DNA from: Ignavibacteriota bacterium
Lineage (GTDB): Bacteria; Bacteroidota; Ignavibacteria; Palsa-1295
Length of the DNA: 64,000 nucleotides
NCBI GenBank assembly: GCA_963787835.1
Contig: CAWBEI010000005.1
Location: forward strand, 224,001-288,000
Direction: 5' to 3'
Under the pieces are notes generated by a model. The model made no database searches, was not told the DNA's origin, and saw only the letters and a list, made by a program, of their open reading frames with translations. Positions 58,955 through 64,000 of this stretch are shown here, piece by piece (within the stretch, counting starts at the first letter, position 1; each line of letters begins with the position of its first letter). The position numbers and the translations under genes were made by a program.

Positions 58955-60535
58955 ATGTTCTCCCGCTGCTACACGGCTACCACCCAAGGAATCGAAGCTT
59001 ACACCGTCGAGATCGAGACGCATGTCGAGGCGCATGTGCCGAATTTTGCCATTGTCGGATTACCGGATTCGGCGGTGCGCGAAAGCAAGGAACGCGTGCT
59101 CTCCGCGATGAAGAACAGCGCCATTCCGTTCGATACCAACCGGAAAATCACGATCAATCTTGCGCCGGCGGATATTCGCAAGGAGGGGAGTTCCTTCGAT
59201 CTTCCGATCGCGCTTGGAATGCTCGCGACGGGCGGAGTTGTCGATGCTGATAAATTGAAAGAATATGTGGTGCTTGGCGAGCTTGCGCTCGATGGCGCGA
59301 TCCGACCGGTTCGCGGCGCTCTGAATGTGGCACTTCATGCCAGGAAGATGCGCGAGAAATATCCGAGCATCAAGGGAATGATACTTCCTGCCGCCAATGC
59401 AGGCGAAGCAGGACTCGTGAAAGAGTTGGAGGTGTATGGACTTGATACGCTTCGTGAAGCTGTCGATTTTTTAAATGGATTGCTTACGCCAGAGCCAGTT
59501 CACATTGATATAGAAAAAATATTCCGCGAAGACGCCCAGCATACGCATTTCGATTTTGCAGAAGTGAAGGGACAAGAAGCCGTAAAGCGCGCATTGGAAG
59601 TCGCTGCGGCGGGCGGACACAATCTCATTATGGTTGGCTCGCCGGGTTCCGGAAAGAGCATGTTGGCGAAGCGGTTCCCATCAATTCTACCGCCGCTCAC
59701 GTTCGATGAAGCGTTGGAGACGACGAAAATTCATTCCGTCGCCGGTACGCTTCCGCCAAGCACGCCATTACTTACAACCCGCCCATTTCGCTCGCCGCAC
59801 CATACAATATCTGACGCTGCGCTTGTTGGTGGAGGAATGGTGAATATTCGCCCGGGGGAAATATCACTCGCGCATCATGGAGTGCTATTTATGGATGAAT
59901 TGCCGGAATTCCAGCGGAATGTGCTGGAAGTATTGCGTCAGCCGTTGGAAGATGGCGCAATAACCATTTCTCGCACCCGGATGACCGTTGAGTATCCCGC
60001 GAACTTCATGCTCATCTGTGCTATGAACCCATGCCCATGCGGGAACTTCGGCTCGACGGTTCACTCCTGCTCCTGCGCGGAGGGTTCGATTCAGCGATAT
60101 ATGAGCAAAGTATCCGGCCCGTTATTGGACCGCATTGACATACACATCGAAGTGCCGAGCGTGAAGATAGAAGAGTTGGGAAAGAAATCATCCGGTGAAT
60201 CCTCTGTGAAGATTCGCGAGCGGGTGCTTCAGGCGCGTGAACGTCAGCAGGAGCGATATAAAGGACTAATGGTTCCTGGCGGCAAGCGCAGAATTTTCAA
60301 AAATGCCGATCTTCCACCGAAACTGCTTCACGAATATTGCGAGATCGGTGATGAAGGCCGCAATATTCTGAAGATGGCGATGTCGCGGATGGGTTATTCA
60401 GCGCGCGCGTATGATAGAATTCTGAAAGTCTCCCGCACCATCGCCGATCTTGCGGGAGCGGAGGCAATCACGCCGGCGCATTTGAGTGAAGCGATACAAT
60501 ACCGAAGTTTGGATCGGCAGTTTTGGAATGCGTAG
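58955..60535 (+). CDS. comM: YifB/ComM family Mg-chelatase-like AAA+ ATPase
   Basis: IVGLPD, NLAPAD.RKEG, GSPGSGKS, FRSPHH, DELPEF, NPCPCG, RTIADL. Confidence 0.95.
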   Translation: MFSRCYTATTQGIEAYTVEIETHVEAHVPNFAIVGLPDSAVRESKERVLSAMKNSAIPFDTNRKITINLAPADIRKEGSSFDLPIALGMLATGGVVDADKLKEYVVLGELALDGAIRPVRGALNVALHARKMREKYPSIKGMILPAANAGEAGLVKELEVYGLDTLREAVDFLNGLLTPEPVHIDIEKIFREDAQHTHFDFAEVKGQEAVKRALEVAAAGGHNLIMVGSPGSGKSMLAKRFPSILPPLTFDEALETTKIHSVAGTLPPSTPLLTTRPFRSPHHTISDAALVGGGMVNIRPGEISLAHHGVLFMDELPEFQRNVLEVLRQPLEDGAITISRTRMTVEYPANFMLICAMNPCPCGNFGSTVHSCSCAEGSIQRYMSKVSGPLLDRIDIHIEVPSVKIEELGKKSSGESSVKIRERVLQARERQQERYKGLMVPGGKRRIFKNADLPPKLLHEYCEIGDEGRNILKMAMSRMGYSARAYDRILKVSRTIADLAGAEAITPAHLSEAIQYRSLDRQFWNA

Positions 60536-60564
60536 TCCAGAACCTCTTGTTGTTTGGGACTTGC

Positions 60565-61324
60565 ATGACACTTCTCTTTCTATGTTTAGCCGCTTTTGCC
60601 GCCGGTTTTGTGGACGCAGTGGTCGGCGGCGGCGGGCTGCATACAAATACCGGCTATCCTGATCCTGCTTCCGGGCGTACCTGTCGCCACCGCGATCGGA
60701 ACCACTAAAATTCCCTCATTCTTCGGTACGAGCCTTGCGGCCCACCAATATTCCCGGAAGGTGCAGCTTGTGCCAAAACGCGTTCTTCTCATGATGGCCA
60801 TCGCGAGCCCATTGGCGTTTTTCGGTTCGCACATGCTCACACTCGTGAACAATGCGTTTATGAAGCCGATGCTGCTCGTTATCCTGATCGGGGTCGCGCT
60901 CTACACCTACACAAAGAAGAACTTCGGGTCACATACGGAGCAAGAGCATACGGAGCTGGCGCACATGGTCTATGCCATCGCGATCAGCGCTGTCATTGGG
61001 TTTTACGATGGGTTCGTGGGGCCCGGCTCGGGAAGTATTCTTATCCTCGCGTTCATTACGTTCCTCGGCTACGATTTTCTTCGAGCGAGCGCGTATGCAA
61101 AATTCGTGAACCTCGCGACGAACATTGGCTCGATCATTCTGTTCGCGCTGGCGGGCCGCATCCTGTATGCGTATGCACTTCCGATGGCTGCGGCGAATGC
61201 GGTGGGCGGAGTGCTCGGCGCGCGGCTTGCGATCCTGCGGGGCAACCGGTTCATCCGCATCTTTTTTCTTGCGATCGTGGGGCTGATGATCGTGCGGTTC
61301 GCGTACGACGTTTTTCTGAAGTGA
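60565..61324 (+). pseudogene. TSUP/TauE-SafE sulfite exporter family gene with a +1 frameshift at ~60640
   Basis: AGFVDAVVGGGGL in one frame continues as IQIPAILILL...GFYDGFVGPGSG in another. Confidence 0.8.
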
Positions 61325-61376
61325 GGGTTTCTCGCACAGATACACTAACTTGAGCAGTTCGTTGTTGTGCGCGAAT

Positions 61377-63278
61377 ATGCCCGTATTCACCGCACTCAAC
61401 CTTAGCAAGGATTTCCGCAATAAGCCACTATTCTCTCAAGTCACATTTGGGATTGATTGGACCGATCGCGTTGGCCTGATAGGAGTCAATGGCTCCGGCA
61501 AGACAACGCTCATGCGCATTCTGGCCGGGGAAATTGCTTCGGATTCCGGCGAGGTTATCGTTTCCGATGGCGCTCAGATCGGCTACTTGCCGCAGCATCC
61601 GAAGTTTGACGAACATCTTTCTGTTCTCGATGCGCTCTTTTCCAAAAGCAGCACGACGATGCAGCTTATTCATGATTACGAGGCCGCTTGCGCTGCCGTT
61701 GCGCACGATCATGATAACATGAAGCTCCTGACACGGATGACGGAACTATCGCAACAATTGGATGCGGCCGGTGCCTGGGAACTGGAAACGAACGCGAAAT
61801 CTATTCTTGCGCAACTTGGAATTACCGATACGGAGCAGCGGATCAGCACGCTTTCCGGTGGTCAGCGAAAGCGGGTTGCGCTGGCACATGCGCTCATTAC
61901 GCGGCCAGATCTGCTTATTCTCGATGAACCCACCAATCATCTCGACGCTGAGACCATCCAGTGGCTCGAAGATTATTTGGAACGATATTCTGGCGCGCTC
62001 TTTCTCGTTACGCACGACAGATATTTTCTCGATAGAGTAACCAACATGATCGTGGAGATCGATCGGGGAACAACGCAGACATTTTCCGGTAATTATTCTT
62101 ACTACTTAGAAAAGAAAGCCGATCAGGAAGCCCGCCGCGATGCGGAACACCAAAAACTGAAGCAGCTTATGAAGGCTGAACTTGCTTGGTTGCGCCGAGG
62201 TGCGAAAGCAAGAACGACTAAGCAGAAGGCGCGTGTTGATCGAGCGGAAGAAATGCTCTCGGCTCCGCGCGAGGGACCGAAGAAGGAAATAGAGATCGGT
62301 GCGGTTGGAAGGCGGCTCGGCACCAAGGTGATCGAGTTTGAAAAAGTCTCCAAGCGTTACGGCGATCTTGTGCTCGTCAAAGATTTTACCTATATTGTTC
62401 AGCGAACCGACCGGTTGGGAATTATCGGCGCAAATGGCACGGGCAAAACGACGCTACTCGATATGATCGTTGGGCGCATTAAGCCGGATAATGGATATAT
62501 CAGTCTTGGCCCAACTGTGTCGATTGGCTACTACGATCAGGAGAATCGTAGAATGAATGAAGATCAGCGATTGATCGAATATGTAAAAGAAGCTGGAGAG
62601 AATCTCAAGACCGCCGATGGTTCGACGATCAGCGCAAGCCAAATGGCGGAGCGATTTCTCTTCCCGCCAGCCATGCAATTTGCGCCGATCTCCAAACTTT
62701 CCGGCGGAGAACGTAGGAGGCTATATCTTCTGCGTCTGTTGATGGAAGCGCCGAACGTGCTTTTGCTCGATTAGCCGACGAACGATCTTGATATTCCCAC
62801 GCTGGTTGCTTTGGAAGAATATCTCGATACATTCACCGGCGCTGTGATCGTGGTAAGCCACGACCGGTATTTTCTCGACCGTGTGGTAGATCGTGTTTTT
62901 CGATTCGAAGGCGAAGGACGAATTCGGGAATACCCCGGTAATTACAGCGCGTTCCTGGAAATCAGAGACAGGGAAGCGCGGGAGGCTCAGCAGGCGTCTG
63001 ATACAATGTTGAAGAAAGGGAAACCCATTCCTAATTCTGGTGTGGTACCGCAATCGGTCACAAAATCGCGAAAGCTTTCTTACAAAGAGAAACAGGAATT
63101 GGAACGATTAGAAGTGCAAATACCAAAAGATGAGTTCCGCAAGAAGGAAATTGAATCAGCATTGAACGCATCTGCAACGGATTTCGGAACTATAAATGCA
63201 CTCATTCAAGAAATGACAGAATTGAATAAACGGCTGGATCAAGCGATCATCCGTTGGACGGAGTTGGCGGAAGTGTGA
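61377..63278 (+). pseudogene. ABC-F family ATPase (Uup-like) interrupted by an in-frame TAG at 62772-62774
   Basis: Two ABC domains, WLRRGAKARTTKQKAR linker, LLLD*PTNDLD, C-terminal KLSYKEKQELE. Confidence 0.85.
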
Positions 63279-63396
63279 AATTATCAATACCATTTGCCTT
63301 GAAAAGAACCCACGAGATAGATTGTATTGTTACTCCGTCGCAACATTTATTTAAACTTTAACAACGTCACTCTTTTAATTTTTCATAAATAAAACT

Positions 63397-64000
63397 ATGT
63401 CACTACGACTTGGCGATGAAGCACCTAATTTCACAGCAACCACAACGGAAGGCGAGATCAATTTTCACGATTGGATGTCCGACAAATGGGCTATTCTGTT
63501 TTCGCATCCTGCGGACTATACGCCCGTTTGCACAACCGAGCTTGGCACTGCAGCTAAGTTGAAAAGCGAATTTGATAAACGAAATGTGAAGATGATCGCG
63601 GTCAGTGTGGATCCGATCGAAAAACATCATGGGTGGATCAACGATATTAATGAGACGCAAAGCACGACAATGAATTTTCCGATCATCGCCGATCCAAGCC
63701 GGAACGTAAGTATGCTTTATGATATGATACATCCGAATGCCGATGCTACCGCGACAGTTCGTTCGGTTTTCATCATCGGGCCAGATAAGAAAGTCAAACT
63801 TACTCTGACTTACCCGGCTTCGACAGGCCGTAATTTCAACGAACTGCTTCGCGTGGTCGATTCGCTGCAACTGACATCGAAATTCAGCGTTGCGACGCCG
63901 GCTAACTGGAATAATGGGGAAGACTGCATAATCGTTACTGCGGTGACGAACGAGCAGGCTGCGGAGAAATTCCCGAAGGGCTTTACGCAGATCAAGCCCT
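63397..64000 (+). CDS. 1-Cys peroxiredoxin (Prx6), truncated by the window end
   Basis: Not in the ORF track. Manual read MSLRLGDEAPNF...FSHPADYTPVCTTELG...YPASTGRNF...ATPANW. Confidence 0.95.
   Translation, partial: MSLRLGDEAPNFTATTTEGEINFHDWMSDKWAILFSHPADYTPVCTTELGTAAKLKSEFDKRNVKMIAVSVDPIEKHHGWINDINETQSTTMNFPIIADPSRNVSMLYDMIHPNADATATVRSVFIIGPDKKVKLTLTYPASTGRNFNELLRVVDSLQLTSKFSVATPANWNNGEDCIIVTAVTNEQAAEKFPKGFTQIKP

Noticed and set aside
62772-62774. Genome-wide TAG recoding or pyrrolysine
   Set aside because: queA, metH, the M16 peptidase and comM end normally at TAG, and no pyl genes are visible.
63403-63995. Minus-strand ORFs at the right end
   Set aside because: Shadows of the plus-strand peroxiredoxin starting at 63397.

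Overview
Gene-dense chromosomal window from a Gram-negative bacterium, most likely FCB/Bacteroidota-related. This is inferred from several T9SS C-terminal-domain proteins, TAnnTTTG-type -7 promoter boxes, kdsB and bshA. It carries scattered housekeeping genes (ndk, sucD, hisC, kdsB, queA, C-terminal half of metH, cysS, gcvT, bshA, rhlE-like helicase, comM/yifB, ABC-F, 1-Cys peroxiredoxin), many secreted or outer-membrane proteins and three type II toxin-antitoxin modules. I saw no rRNA, tRNA, CRISPR array, transposase or integrase. Two patterns stand out. (1) A tandem pair of ~0.73-0.75 kb integrase-less TA cassettes (MazF-type, then PIN-type) follows a DUF58 gene, and each cassette ends in a diverged copy of that gene's last ~16-20 codons, suggesting repeated 3'-end-replacing insertion. 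(2) At least five families of short palindromic or tandem repeats occur here; four have intergenic copies and all five have an in-frame copy inside a protein gene (two signal peptides, the MetH linker, a glycosyltransferase loop, an EamA N-terminus). Other oddities are a histone-H1-like tail on SucD, a split MetH, a HicA lacking its usual catalytic His, and three single-base lesions that may be sequencing errors.
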